64,000 bases of DNA from Octopus vulgaris (GCA_951406725.2 OX597819.1:73532001-73596000); one strand, 5' to 3'; positions 48,474 through 61,824 are shown, numbered from the stretch's first letter. Program-made: numbers and translations. Notes: a model not told the origin generated them from the letters alone.

Positions 48474-48947
48474 CATGCATGCGTATATTTCACAATACCT
48501 CGTGTATTAGTGTGGATTTGCTACATCAACAAGTGTGTTAGTGGGTGGGTGGGTGGAGGAATGTTAATGTGTTTGGTGCAGATAAGATAGTGTCTGTAAT
48601 AATGAATGTGTGTGTGTGTGTGTGTGTGTGTTTGCAACATTAATTGGAGCAATGTTGCTAATGAAAAGTCAAGAACATACCTGTTCAAAAGAAATAATCT
48701 TGTATCTGCAGAGAACATCCAAATAAAATGGTCTCTTGTGAATTATTGTCTATATTCATAGGAGATTCTTTTCACCATGGAATAAAACACTACCACCACC
48801 ATCACAACAACAACAACAGGCTGTCTTGGATAAAGGCTGGAATGTTTGTGTGTTAGTTGTTAGTTATATGATCTTGTCTTCTTGTCTGCCTAGAACACAA
48901 TGTTAGAAAACCAACTGGAAATAACAAAGAACTGCGAATACATATTA

Positions 48948-49300
48948 TAGGATGTTTGGGCTAAATTTCACAGTTTGCATAAAAGCAAAAACAAACACAA
49001 TATTCCATCCAAAAAAAGAAAACAATATCCTGTCCAAAAATTAAAATATTTTAAAATATCAGAAAGTATCAAATATATGGTTGGGAGATGGCAATTTTAC
49101 TCAAAATGACCACTTTCAGAGCTTCCACCTTAGGTTCAAGACAACTCTGGAGCCTGGTGCATGCATCCCTCACTGTGTCCCTTGGAAGATCTTTGAACAT
49201 TTGCTTCATTTTGGTCAGCAGCTCAGCCTTGGGCTTGCAGGCAGAGTGGTTGGTGTCTTTATTAATTGCACCCCGCACATATAATCCAGAGTATTACAAT
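48948..49300 (-). mobile_element. Tc1/mariner transposase C-terminal remnant
   Basis: GAINKDTNHSACKPKAELLTKMKQMFKDLPRDTVRDACTRLQSCLEPKVEA resembles the post-catalytic C-terminus of Tc1/mariner (maT-like) transposases. The boundary at 48948 is approximate. Confidence 0.65.
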
Positions 49301-49304
49301 CAGG

Positions 49305-50340
49305 GAAATTAGGGGGCCAGAAATTGGGGCAACCATTTGTTACTCCTTTTTCCCCTAAAAGTGAAGGGCATATTGTATGATGCTTGTGTTAGAATTGTAA
49401 TATTGAATGGTGGTGTGACATGGGCCTTGGATGCAGAGGACTTGAGAAGATTGGGAAGAAATGAAGTAAACATGTTCTGTTGGATTTGCAATGTATGTGC
49501 GTGTGAAAGAGTTTGTACAAAGATACAAAGTGAAAAGAAAAACACAGGCAAAAGAGGAATTAGATGTGGTGTTCAAGACAGAAGACTGTGATGGCATGGA
49601 CATGTGAGGAATATAGATGAGGCCAGCTGTAGACCGCTTAATGTGGCTGGAACTTGCAAAACGGGGAGACTAAGGAAGGCATAGGACGACGACGTGAAGG
49701 CTGACCTCAGGACCCTGAACCTGACGGAAGAGATGACTAAGAACTGGCATCTCTGGCAATATGAGATTATCAAAAAGACTTGTCCTCATCAGCAAAACTA
49801 AGTTCTGGAAATGCTGTGTGCCTTACTCTCTACTCATCATATAATGATTTTCTCTCTACACTTAATGTATTATGCCTGCTTCTTCCCCTCTTCCCCAAGC
49901 CCCTACAGGCTGTCATCTCCTCTTGCTCCCCACTCCTGGCAATTGTATCCTCATTCTATTCCTGCAATCTACCCCTCCCCCCACTCTCTCTTCTGCATCC
50001 TTCTATCTCCCTGCCCCACTCATTGTTTTTATTTCATCCACCCTTCAACTCCACCCATTTCAGCAGCCTTCCTTCTCACCCCTACATTCTCCTCGTGCAG
50101 TCTTGCAAACCGATCCCTTCCTCCTTCTCCTCAAGGATTATAACCCCGTGAATTGCATGGCTACCTCAGTAGTGCAGGTAGCACAAAGGAAAGGTACCTG
50201 GTGCATTCTGTAAAATGGTTGGCATTAGGTTGGCATTGAAATGATGCCAAAGCAGGCCTTGCAGCATAATACAGTCCTTTGGCACATCAAATTCTCTCAA
50301 ATCCTCCAACCCATGCCAACATGATGATGATGATGATGAT
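49305..50340 (+). mobile_element. Older degenerate RTE LINE 3' fragment related to 32609-34585
   Basis: LKVKGILYDACVR...VTWALDAEDLRRLGRNE...RCGVQDRRL*WHGHV parallels the RTE ORF. It is followed by a pyrimidine-rich UTR and the shared caacccatgc...(gat)n terminus. Confidence 0.82.
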
Positions 50341-51892
50341 ACTTTATGTGTACGTGTGTGTGTGCATAATCACATATCAGCACACACACACACACACACA
50401 CATAGCTTTTGTAGTCTTTTTGCGGTATTCTTGAAGTGAAATCATTGTGTGAAAGAGTATTTTGTTGCATTTTAAGAATGTCGTTCTGGCAATAAACCCC
50501 ACAAAATTGGTTGTAGCTCTCTTCCCTTGAATTATCAATCAATTAGATAAAAATGCTCTCTGCCCTCCCCTGTCTTAAAGTAAAAGCAACATATTGAACT
50601 CAGTAAATACATTAACTTGTGCACTTTTAGCAAACTTACATTTATCCTTGCTGTTTCAGGAGACACTAGTTGAATCCCAGACCGTTTATTGTTGAACAAA
50701 TTCTCGTCAGGAATGTTTGCTTTGTTTAACCTTTTAGGACAGAAAATAGTTTACAGCTGCTCATACACTGCTGTGAACATTGGCGCTGTTTGCTTGTATT
50801 CCTATCAGTACTATTATTGGTGCTAGTAATAAACCGTTTTGGTACCAACCCACCTGAGACCACCCCCACTGGTTCTATGATACAAACTTCCAGTTTTAAA
50901 GTGATCTGAATTTCATGTTCATTTATATTATAAACATCAACTTAATAATAACATTGTGGGATCATGTGACCAACCAGACTACCAGATATTGTTACACATT
51001 GCTGGTCACAATGTGCTTTGCATGATTTTAGCCTTTAGGTGAGCAGGTCAACATTCCTCCCTGATTGAAAGGGTGGCTGAAACAATGTGAAATGAAGTGT
51101 TTTGCTTAAGAACACAATGAGTTGCCTGGTCTGGGAAATGAAACTATGATCTAGTGATCATGAGGGCAACAGCCTAACCACCACAATAACAACATAGTTT
51201 ATTAAATTTGTATTATTTTCAAAATTAATTGAAATAAAGGCTAAGTATCCCAACAGAAATATGGTAATGAACTTGTTAATTTATTAAAGACAGTAAGCTT
51301 CTCATTTCCCTCAATAGCATGGCAGCTTTGGAGGATTCTCTTTACATGGTGCCTGTATGGGTGTTTTTATGTGGTGCGAGCACAGATGCTTTTTGCATGG
51401 CATGATCACAAGTGCTTTTTGTGTGGCACGATTATGGGCGCTTTTTGCGTGGCACGATCACAAGTATTTTTTGTGTTGCTTAAGTTCAGGTGCTTTTATG
51501 TGGCAGCAGCACCATCAGTGTTGCCAAGTAACTTGCAAGACAAGGACTTCTTGGCTGAGCGAAGTGGTTGTGTGCCAGGCAAGAGGTTATGATAGGAAAA
51601 TGGGGAAAGCTGTCTTGCTACAGAGAAGATACTTGGGAGAGCATGAGGGAGAAAGATAGAGACAAGTGAGAGAGAGAGAGGAGGGACTATCCACAGGGAA
51701 CAGTGGGGTGGTGGATAAATAGTACAGAGGTGATACACTCTAAATAAATTCATAACTATAGCTTATAGCTATATCCAAAATTCATTCATCTCTGTGTCAA
51801 CCTATAATCCTTAAGCACTTACATGTAATTCATAACCAACTATATATAATCTATAAATATGTTAGGATATTATAATACTTATATATATATAT

Positions 51893-51946
<54 letters not shown>

Positions 51947-52145
51947 ATATATACATGTATATATATGTACACATACATATGCACTTGACATAACTCCCAT
52001 CTCTATCACACATAAATAGGAACAGATAAACATGAAACTCATTGATCCAACTTCTCTGCTCCTTTTTTAAGTTCCTATTATTACTTTTTCTCTGCTCTGA
52101 TGAGTACTTTGATATTTTCAAATTCTAAAATGAATTTATATCTAT

Positions 52146-52910
52146 CCCGTTTCTCTAAAGTTCAACCTTCGCATATTCCCTTTAATTCGATCTCCACCAT
52201 TCACTATCATTTCTTCCCCTGACTTGCAGCGATGTCCATGAGCAGGCTAAGATTTCTCGCTTCTATTTCATACATACATACATTTGTCTACCGTTTAAAT
52301 GTTTTGAACTTATAACCACCAATCTGCTTTGCTTTCCTTTTCTCTCTACATGCCACCCTAAAAACATCGCCATTCCCGCCCGTTTCTCTAAAGTTCAACC
52401 TTCGCATAGTTCAACCTTCGCATATTCCCTTTAATTCGATCTCCACCATTCACTATCATTTCTTCCCCTGACTTGCAGCGATGTCCATGAGCAGGCTAAG
52501 ATTTCTTGCTTCTATTTCATACATACATACATTTGTCTACCGTTTAAATGTTTTGAACTTATAACCACCAATCTGCTTTGCTTTCCTTTTCTCTCTACAT
52601 GCCACCCTAAAAACATCGCCATTCCCGCCCGTTTCTCTAAAGTTCAACCTTCGCATATTCCCTTTAATTCGATCTCCACCATTCACTATCATTTCTTCCC
52701 CTGACTTGCAGCGATGTCCATGAGCAGGCTAAGATTTCTCGCTTCTATTTCATACATACATACATTTGTCTACCGTTTAAATGTTTTGAACTTATAACCA
52801 CCAATCTGCTTTGCTTTCCTTTTCTCTCTACATGCCACCCTAAAAACATCGCCATTCCCGCCCGTTTCTCTAAAGTTCAACCTTCGCATAGTTCAACCTT
52901 CGCATATTCC
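52146..52910. repeat. Near-identical tandem repeat, 233/249-bp units (3 full plus 1 partial)
   Basis: cgtttctctaaagttcaacc starts at 52148, 52381, 52630 and 52863. Confidence 0.95.
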
Positions 52911-54109
52911 CGGTGCACCCGCCCTTGCCCACCCCCACCACCAATACCGGATATCTCTATATTTTTGTTCCATCTATACTGGATGTCGCTTCTCCCACCA
53001 CCATTATAGGTGTCTACTCTTCGAACCCCCTCTTCAGCACGCTATTTCACCATGCATTACCCCTCTCTTGATATCCTACGTTCTACTTGCCTAGAACCTG
53101 TCATCATTTCTCTGAACCACCCCTCCCCACTGGTGCTCCCCTATATATTTCTATACCCCCCACATAAAAAGCACCATCCGAACGTGGCCGATGCCAGACC
53201 CCTCTGGCACCTGTGCAGGTGGCACGTAAAAAACACCCACTACACTCGCGGAGTGGTTGGCGTTAGGAAGGGCATCCAGCTGTAGAAACACTGCCAGACT
53301 AGACTGGAGCCTGGGGCAGTCCCGAGCTCCCCAGACCCCCGGTCGAAACCGTCCAACCCGTGCTAGCGCGGAAAACGGACGTTAAACGATGATGATGATG
53401 ATGATGTAGGAAACGCTTGTATGCATGAATAAATTTCTTAAAACCTTTTAACATCTTACCTCCTTCATTTTTGACAAATATGACTGGATTTGTAGAACTT
53501 CTTTCCATAAACTACTCATACACTATAATCTATAAACAACTATAGTCCTTAACACAGCCTGAAACACTAATTTGGGACCTCCTTTTTGTTTCTAATTAAA
53601 GTAGAGAGCATCGGATAAAGCCAACCATTGCATTCTATGACTTTGGCATACTCTACATACAGGCAACAATAGTACTAGGAGTTGCACTCCATTCCACAAC
53701 TTTAACAAAGCACAAAGATAACAGTGAGAGAAAACTGCAAAATGTTGCATAAGTTTCAAGTAATAAGCACAGTACCACTTTCTCTCACCAGAAACAAATA
53801 GTGTATAAGCATGACATAATCCTCCCCCTCTTATTTTTGCCTTTTACTTCTTTCAATCATTTGACTGCGGCCATGCTGGAGCACCGCATTTAGTCGACCA
53901 AATTGATCTCAGAACTTATTCTTTGTAAGCCTAGTACTTGTTCTATTGGTCTCTTTTGCCAAACCGCTAAGTTACGGAGACATAAGCACACCAACATCGG
54001 TTGTCAGGCAATGGTGGGGGAACAAACACAGAGACACATATACATACATATATACACACACACATGACGGGCTTCTTTCAGTTTCCATCTACCAAATCCA
54101 CTCACAAGG

Positions 54110-54380
54110 CTTGTCGTATTCCTTGAGTGGCCTAAGAGGCAACTAAAAGGGGCAGGAGCAAGGGGATTGAGAACCCTCTCCTCCTAGTAAATCTATATTC
54201 ATAGAAAGATAGCAAGAAAAAGACAAGGGGGGGGGGAGAAGGTTAATACCGAATCTCACCCTAGTACTTGGGTCCTGGAATGTGCACAGGTGTAGTACAA
54301 GTGAGGTAAAGAGGAGAGAGAAATGGAGTGTGATGATGATGAGAAGGGTGGATGTGCTGGCCTGAGTGAGACTAAGAAAG
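54110..54380 (+). mobile_element. 5' fragment of an RTE-like LINE (5' UTR plus AP-endonuclease start)
   Basis: 54252-54379 encodes NLTLVLGSWNVHRCSTSEVKRREKWSVMMMRRVDVLA, then LSETKK after a frameshift: APE motifs WNV and D...LSETK. It abuts a truncated family-A SINE. Confidence 0.65.
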
Positions 54381-55079
54381 TTCTGCTGGTTAGCGGCAAG
54401 AGAGTTTATAAACGATAGGAAAGCTTGGAGAGGGTTTATGGATGGACAAGTGAATTTTGAAGTTGCTGAAAGGGGTATGGAGCCAGCATGATGTGTTGGG
54501 GGTAAACCAGCATATGCTGTTGGGGCCCCGCTGCTGATATCAGAGGTTGCGTTCTATAAAAAACAGCCAACAACTGAAGAAGGGTCGTTCTTTATGTTGT
54601 TTGTCTTGTTTTCCATTTGTGTCTTTCGTTGTTCGAAAAAATAGTTCATATTCCATGTACTTGTACTTCGTACTTTTTTTGTTGTACACATTTCATGACG
54701 TCATGTGCCCATATATGCATATATATGTATACATGTAAGTATGTACATATACGTATGTATATATGCATATATATATATATTATTTTTTATATATATATAT
54801 TATTTTATTTATATATATATATGTATATATGTTTGTTGGCAGAGTATTTAGGAATATATCAAGTAGAGACAGTTGGTGGCTATCCTGTTCCGTGGTATTA
54901 TATATCCCACTGTGATAGTGTAGGATATAAAAGTAACATACAGTAGTCATCATCATCATCGTTTAACATCTGCTTTCTATGTTGGCATGGGTTGGACGGT
55001 TTGACTGAGGACTGGCAAGCCAGAAGGCTGCACCAGGCTCCAATCTGAATCTGGCAAGGTTTTTAAAAGTTCTCAAGCA

Positions 55080-55200
55080 TCTTTGGTGAAGCAATCTAAC
55101 TTTCTGTTGATTTCCAGTGTACTCTTCCATGTCTCTCTGGTATAGAGGACTGTTGGTAGAACTATGCTATTATAGAGCTGGATCTTTGAGTATGGGACAA
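55080..55200 (-). mobile_element. Old RTE-like ORF fragment
   Basis: The reverse strand reads KIQLYNSIVLPTVLYTRETWKSTLEINRKLDCF, a decayed LY..ETW motif. Confidence 0.55.
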
Positions 55201-55925
55201 CAGTGTCAGGAGCGAAGCATAGTCCTGCCTTGGCCCTTGATATCTCACTGAAAAGAACATGAAGCCGTGTTGTTCTCTCAAGTGGTGTTGGTCTTAAATG
55301 CCATTTAGTAATGATGATACATTTTCTAGAGGCAAAAAAAATTTTAGTAAATCAAGATGGGTATTTCATAGACCTATATTTTTCTATGTTGTTCAAATAC
55401 ATGCCATGAGCCAATCAGAATTATTTCTTATAGTTCATTAGTGTGTGTCTGTTTATGTGTAGGTAGTTAAATAAGATGTGAGTACAAAATTTCGTAGAAT
55501 GCCTACTTGCCTACCTATCTACCCACCTACCTACCTACCTACCTATCTATCTATCTATCTATCTATCTACTTACATATATATATATATACGTAGGTAGGT
55601 AGGTAGATAGATAGATAAATAGATAGGTAGGTAGGTAGATGTGAAAATATATATAAATAAAGGATAGGAGGAGTTTTTATCAGGATGACTCAGTCTGATA
55701 GGTATGCTCAAGCAGGCGCATCACCAAAATTCCAGTTTGAACAGCAGTTGAAGTTGTTGTTATGTGATTGTCTTGTTCAGAATGGCTAAAGGTGGCTTCT
55801 CTTTGAGTCAGTAGGCATAGGTTAAAGTAGTGAGGGAATGCAAATGATTAGGCAATGCAGAACAAGGACATTTAACTTAATTTAATTCAATCTAATTTAG
55901 CCACCCAATGAATGGTAAAAAATAG

Positions 55926-55960
<35 letters not shown>

Positions 55961-58302
55961 CATATATATATATATATATTTACATGTAGACACCCACACC
56001 ATGTATATTCCATTTTGAGATTAGGTTCATCATGCCTTTCCCTGTATGTTTGAAGCAGCTAAAAGAGTTGGTGTCATGAAAGGCATCCAACTGCAAAATG
56101 CTTTAAGAGTATTGCAAAAGGCCTGGTTGGAAGCCTCATCTAAGTTTTTTTTTTTTTTGCTGAGCTTAATAAAACTGAATGACTGCAGCAATGAGTGTTT
56201 AAATTTGAGAGGGAAACATATTGCATGAAATTCTAACTGATCCTCCTGTATTTTCTTTTACCCAAAGCCAAGAACTTTTCAGCACCCCCTCATACACACA
56301 CACACAATCATTTCATATCCTTCACATTTCATTCCTATATTTACCTCCCTTTTCATTTTCATTCCCCTTTATACTATTTTTCCTTTTGATCCCTTTACCT
56401 TTATCAATTTTACTGGAAACCCCCCCCCCCTTTTTTTTATTTTGTAGTTTCATTGTTTTGATTTTTTTTTTGCTTCTGCCCCCCCCCCCTCTACTTCCCC
56501 TCCTCCTATAATTCTGTTGTATTGCTCTGACATTTCTGGCAATCTTTAGGGCTCCCGTGCAACCATACAAAAGCCTGTTTGTCTCCAGGCCTCCTCTTCA
56601 TTTTCTTCTCTAATCAAATTTAATCAATTTTCTTATACTTTTTCGTTCTACTTTGCTACATTCATGTTGAGAAGTGCAAGCAACCCACACAAATAAATTG
56701 CTTCCAGTATCCCACCCCCTCCACTTCTCCCATTTAACATACTTACTGGCAGTGCGTAATTTACTCTGTGAAATGTCTAAGTCAAGGATACGAGACAAAG
56801 AGAGAGAGAGAGAGAGAGAGAGAGTGAGTGATGAGGGGGTGGGGTCTATAAGCCAAGAGAATACAGTTCTATAGTATTTGACTGTGTGAGAGAATTTCAA
56901 TAAAAGTTTAAAACGATGTTCTTATTATGTTGTTAGAAGTTGAATGATAGAGTTTGGGAGAGAGGCTGTTGATTCTTCTTTTCTAAACTGTAGACACGGT
57001 TGAATTTGAACTAATTATTGCAAGTTGTTGTAGTGGCTGAATGGGGCCATTTCAGGACATGGGGGTACAATGCAGTGTCAGTATGAACTGTTGTTCATTT
57101 GGTTAATAGCTAATCAAACTAATTCAGTTTCTGTTAACATAATGAAGAGAACTTAAACAAAAATAATTCATTTGAAATCTATATTTGACAAGTGATATTT
57201 TCAAATTTTATGGCAAGTAGGGGAGACAACTTTAGACACTTTTTGTTTTGTATTCTGATCTCATTAACAAAGTATAGCCTTCACTGTATTTAATAGTTAT
57301 GACCACTAAAAAATGCACAAGATTCTACATTGATTGTAGTAGAAAAGGACATTGTTTAACTTTTTAACATTTAAATTGGTCATATCCGGCTCGAATATTC
57401 TGTTTTATGTTCAAACTGGCCAGATCCAGTCTCTCTGACCTACTCTACAATGGCATTGTGAAAAACAAACAATTACATCATTGATATCTCAAAGCTACAA
57501 AATAATGCATAAGTATTTCAAAACAGTGTGACTAATAGATATTACATATGAAAAATAATCTGAATGCTGACGGGTGAAAGAATATATCAGCTGTTATTCT
57601 CCATTTTGATGTGAGTGGTTGAAAAAAAGGAACGGAAATATGCACTGTTCTGAAAGGCACTTAAAATTTTTTTTTTATATAAGATATATAAATGTATATC
57701 TGACTGCTGCATGCAATAAAGATGTTTGTAAAGTTATACACATGTGGCTCAGTGCTGGTGTCATGTAAAAAGCTTAGGTGTCACATAAAAAGCTCCTTGT
57801 ACACTCTGTAAAGTGGTTGGCATTAGGAAGGACGTCCAGCTGGAGAAACCAAACCAAAACAGATAACTGGAGGCTGGTGTGGGCCCAGGCCTTATCAGCT
57901 CCTGTCAAACCATCCAACTCATGTCAGCATTGAAAATAGATGTTTAAATGATGAGGATGACACTTATGATTCAAAATAAAATTAAAAGTAAAATTGGAAC
58001 ATAAGTGATTCTAATTAAATCATAATCAAGAAAGCAGCCCCCCACCCCAGCCAAACATAACGAGTTGTTTGTTGAATATTGATGGTTATTCCAAGAATTG
58101 AGTATTATTTTTTTTTTTCTAAATATAGTTAAACCAGTCTGAATATTCTAACATACCATCCTTGTCTTAGTGTGCCAGATATAAACTAGAGTTTAGCTTC
58201 TTATCCCACTGCATGTGATAATCGTTATATTAATTCTTAGTCAAATCAACTCTAGCAAGATTGTTTTTTAAAACTGTAAACCCATGCTAAATCCCTTAAG
58301 AC

Positions 58303-58816
58303 CAGGGGTCGGCAAAACTTCTTATATCATTAACTCTTTCATGGAATCATTGGTAACTAATTGATCCCCCCCCCCCTTCCCTCCGTCATGTGTAAATTTC
58401 TAAAATAAAACTAAGAAGTATAATTAATATAAAAAATTTTCAGGATTTAACATCAAATAATTTCCTTGTTCTTTTGTCACATTAATGATTTCTTAACACA
58501 AAATATTTAAAGAAATTCAATAAAAAATCTTTAACAAAACTGATGAAAAAGAGTCTAAATTTTGGTCCTGTTTCATTGAAGTAATCAGAATCTGTAATGT
58601 GAAATATGTGTTGGAATATGTTTTTATTGTTTTGCTATTTGGCTGGAAATTAATGAGTTTTTAGTCTTAAATAATCACACTCTTCCAGATTCATTTTGCT
58701 CATAATCCAAGACTCTTAATGCTGAAAATCATTTCAGGTGTTTATTGATCCCTTGGAGAGCCACACAGACATCCCCCAACCCCAGGGGTCAGTATTGACC
58801 ACTTTGCCAACCTCTG
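58303..58816. mobile_element. hAT-like MITE
   Basis: TIRs caggggtcggcaaa / tttgccaacctctg; no clear TSD. Confidence 0.6.
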
Positions 58817-59398
58817 TTCTAATCATTGTTCTCTTGCTCAACCTTGCACCACTGAATGTCGAGTCTGTCTTAATATTTGCTGTCATTTCTCTTTTAATTA
58901 TAATACTGAAACTTGATGTTAATTAGTGATGTGTCTGCAAGAAGTAAATTTCTAGAAAGCTAATTCCACAAACCAGTTTTTATTTTTGATTGCAGCCCCT
59001 TTGGCCTTCCATTGCTAATGCTCTTGAGAGATATGTAATTGTAACACAATCTCTCTTCCCCACCCTTTCTGTATAAAGCCTTTTACTTTGTTATTTGCCT
59101 CTATGATGATGATAATGATGATAATGTACTGTTTAGTAGAGGTGAGTTACCTGTTATCAATTTCTTTTTACATGTATGCTACTAATACTCTCGAGAAAGG
59201 CATGAATGTTACGCAATCACATTGCCTCCATTTTAAGAAATATCTGTATAGTTTGTACTTGTATAAGCTGTTTCAATTGAATAAAACTAAATTCATCCCT
59301 GATATTTCTTCCCTAACCTTAATCTGCAGGTGGGAAGCCTTTGCCATTGGAATATTGTTTAGCATTTTAATCATTCTTTTTTACTTTTTATTTTCCAG

Positions 59399-59544
59399 GA
59401 TCAAAAAGGAATGTGGTACAGTCTTCACAATATCATGATGGATTTAATCGCCATGCGACGTACCTTACTGGCAGATACTCAAACCCAGGATAATTGTCAA
59501 GAACTGAAAATGAAGATTACTCGTAAAATTGACTGGGGAAACAA
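59399..59544 (+). CDS. DOCK3: DOCK3/4-like exon (probable exon 6), DOCK_N helical region
   Basis: Acceptor tttttattttccag|, donor |gtatgt; 146 nt, phase 0-2. Encodes DQKGMWYSLHNIMMDLIAMRRTLLADTQTQDNCQELKMKITRKIDWGN(K). Confidence 0.93.
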
Positions 59545-60849
59545 GTATGTTTAAATTAAAATTTTATCAAAAGCTCAAAATTGATTAACTTGCCATAAAT
59601 ACTGATCTCATTTAGTTGTTTGCTGCTGTTTTATAATCATTGAAAGTTTTGGTTACAGATGGAATTTCTTATGAATGATACGATTTTTAGGTTCTCTTCA
59701 ACAGAATATAGACCCATAATTTCTTGCAGCTTCATACCAGCTGAAAGAACACAGTCTCAGCATTGCAAACTGTGGAAGTTCCACACTAAATCACTGACTT
59801 AACCTTGTTGTAGCCATATTTCTGTTGAAATGTCTTATCAAAGAAAATTATTAACATGCCAGGCAAAATGCTTAGCAGTATTTCATGTCTTTACATTCTG
59901 AGTTCAAATTCTACCGAGGTCAGCAACCATTATTTCTGTTGAAATGGACTACTTTTGTTTTTATTTTGAAAATAAGAATTTAGTAAAATAATTATCATAT
60001 TGAGCCTTTCATTACCATATTTCTGTTGAAATTCACTTTGTTTTAATTCATCATCATCATACCTCCGTTTTCCATGGGTTGGACGCTTCGAGTGGGGTCT
60101 GGGAAGCCAGGAGGCTGCACCAGGCCCCAATCTGATCTGGCAGTGTTTCTACAGCTGGATGCCTTTCCTAATGCCAACCACTCTGAGAGTGTAGTGGGTG
60201 CTTTTTACATGCCACTAGCATGGAGACCTGTGAAAGCGGCACTGGCATCGGCCATGTTTGGATGGTGCTTTTTACATGCTTCTCGCATGGGGATCACAAT
60301 TACAATTTCCATTTGATTTCATTTTGATATTGCTGTTGATGTTGATGTACTTGACTCAATAGGTCTCCTCAAGCATGGCCTGTCACCCTATGATCCAAGG
60401 TACTTTTGAGTGGGCTGGTTATGCGACATCGGTGTAGGTTACAGCTGTGGACTCACTTTTTTTCTGGGTCTTCTCAGTCACAGCATACCTCCAGAGGTTT
60501 CGATCTTTTGTCATTGCCTAACGGATTTAGTAATAAATAAACATGAAAATTTGATGGAGCATTTTAAATGTAGATCACTTTTAAAACAAAAAGTTTGTAC
60601 CATAAAATAAAAGGTGGTCTCAGATGGATAGGTATAAAGAGTTAAAGCAGTAAGTATAGAGAGTGAAGTACCCTGCTCACAGGCCGTAGAAAGTGAAGTA
60701 CCCTGCTGTGGACTGAATATAAAATATCAACTGTTGAGAATCAGACACCGTTAACTGGGTTATGACTTTTTACTTAATGATATAACTTTTCTTAATATTA
60801 TTTGTTATTTGAATTATTAAAGAACAAATTTTGAATATTTTTATTTAAC

Positions 60850-61237
60850 AACTGTGCTGGTAGCACATAAAAAGCATCATCTGAACATGGCCGATGCCAG
60901 TGCTGCCTGACTGGCTCCTCTGCTGGTGGCACATAAAAAGCACCATCCGAATGTGGCCGATGCCAGCACTGCCCGATTGGCTCCCATACTGGTGGCATGT
61001 AAAAAGCACCATCCGAATATGGCCGATGCCAGTGCCGCCTGACTGGCTCCTCTACTGGTGGCATGTAAAAAGTACCCACTTCACTCCCAGAGTGGTTGGT
61101 GTTAGGAAGGGTATCCAGCTGTAGAAACATTGCTAGATCAGATTGGAACCTGGTGCAGCCTCCTGGCTTGTCAGTCCCCAGTCAAACTGTCCAACCCATG
61201 CCAGTATGGAAAGCGGACGTTAAACGATGATGATGAT
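60850..61237 (+). mobile_element. RTE-type 3' end with 66-bp tandem repeats and (GAT)n tail
   Basis: Units start at 60858, 60924, 60990 and 61056. The terminus ggaaggg.atccagctgtagaaac...gtccaacccatgc...gttaaacgatgatgat matches the RTE tail. More than 20 such ends occur, e.g. 3270-3482, 30781-31140, 42715-42890, 53160-53405, 60049-60520. Confidence 0.82.
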
Positions 61238-61373
61238 ACTAAAATAAATGAATGAAAACAAATTTGGAGTCAAATTTGTTTTAGATTTGTACACGATTTT
61301 GCTCTAAATATCCTAATAGCAATAAAAATGCATGTTTTATTTCCTTTTTTAACATTCTCTGTTCATTTTCTAG

Positions 61374-61494
61374 AACACTCTCCTTAGATTTGGTACCTCG
61401 TTTAAATGGAGAACAGGTGGATGCTGATAAAATCAGTATTGTTCAACTCTATTGGATTCACAAGGAAAGTGATACTTCCTTACGAGATACCAAA
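61374..61494 (+). CDS. DOCK3: DOCK3/4-like exon (probable exon 7)
   Basis: Acceptor gttcattttctag|, donor |gtaagt; 121 nt, phase 2-0. Encodes TLSLDLVPRLNGEQVDADKISIVQLYWIHKESDTSLRDTK. Confidence 0.9.
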
Positions 61495-61676
61495 GTAAGT
61501 TGTACCTTCAGTTTTTCTTATGTAACCATGACGATGTAACTAAAATATTAAAATATCAGGATTTATTAAAGTCAGGTTCTAGAATTTAGTTTTGTTAATT
61601 TATTTGAGCCTGAGTTCCTTTGGTACCAGGTTGCTTTGCAGGATTATCACTTACCATTGATCAGATTTTGTTTGAG

Positions 61677-61786
61677 CAGGAGTGGCTGTGTGGTAAGAAG
61701 CTTGCTTCCCAACCACATGGTTCCGGGGTCAGTCCTACCAAAGCCTTGTGAGTGGATTTGGTAGATGGAAACTGAAAGAAGCCCGT

Positions 61787-61824
<38 letters not shown>

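Larger units (their letters stand above)
24383..61494 (+). other. DOCK3: Partial DOCK-B family gene (dedicator of cytokinesis 3/4-like); span of six identified coding exons
   Basis: The spliced exons give one continuous frame: (A)VCNFSGDVKHGLPLSTGDTVHILEVYSKNEPIWYRGCSLKVKNKVGIFPAAFICTKQCKVDNEGPYESITPIEDQTALEVSYVLREWSVLWKEAFVDQKGMWYSLHNIMMDLIAMRRTLLADTQTQDNCQELKMKITRKIDWGNKTLSLDLVPRLNGEQVDADKISIVQLYWIHKESDTSLRDTK. The WYRG, GIFP, LREW, DWGN and LDLVPR motifs match the DOCK3/DOCK4 N-terminus. An invertebrate gene would be co-orthologous to both, so the symbol is nominal. Confidence 0.93.
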
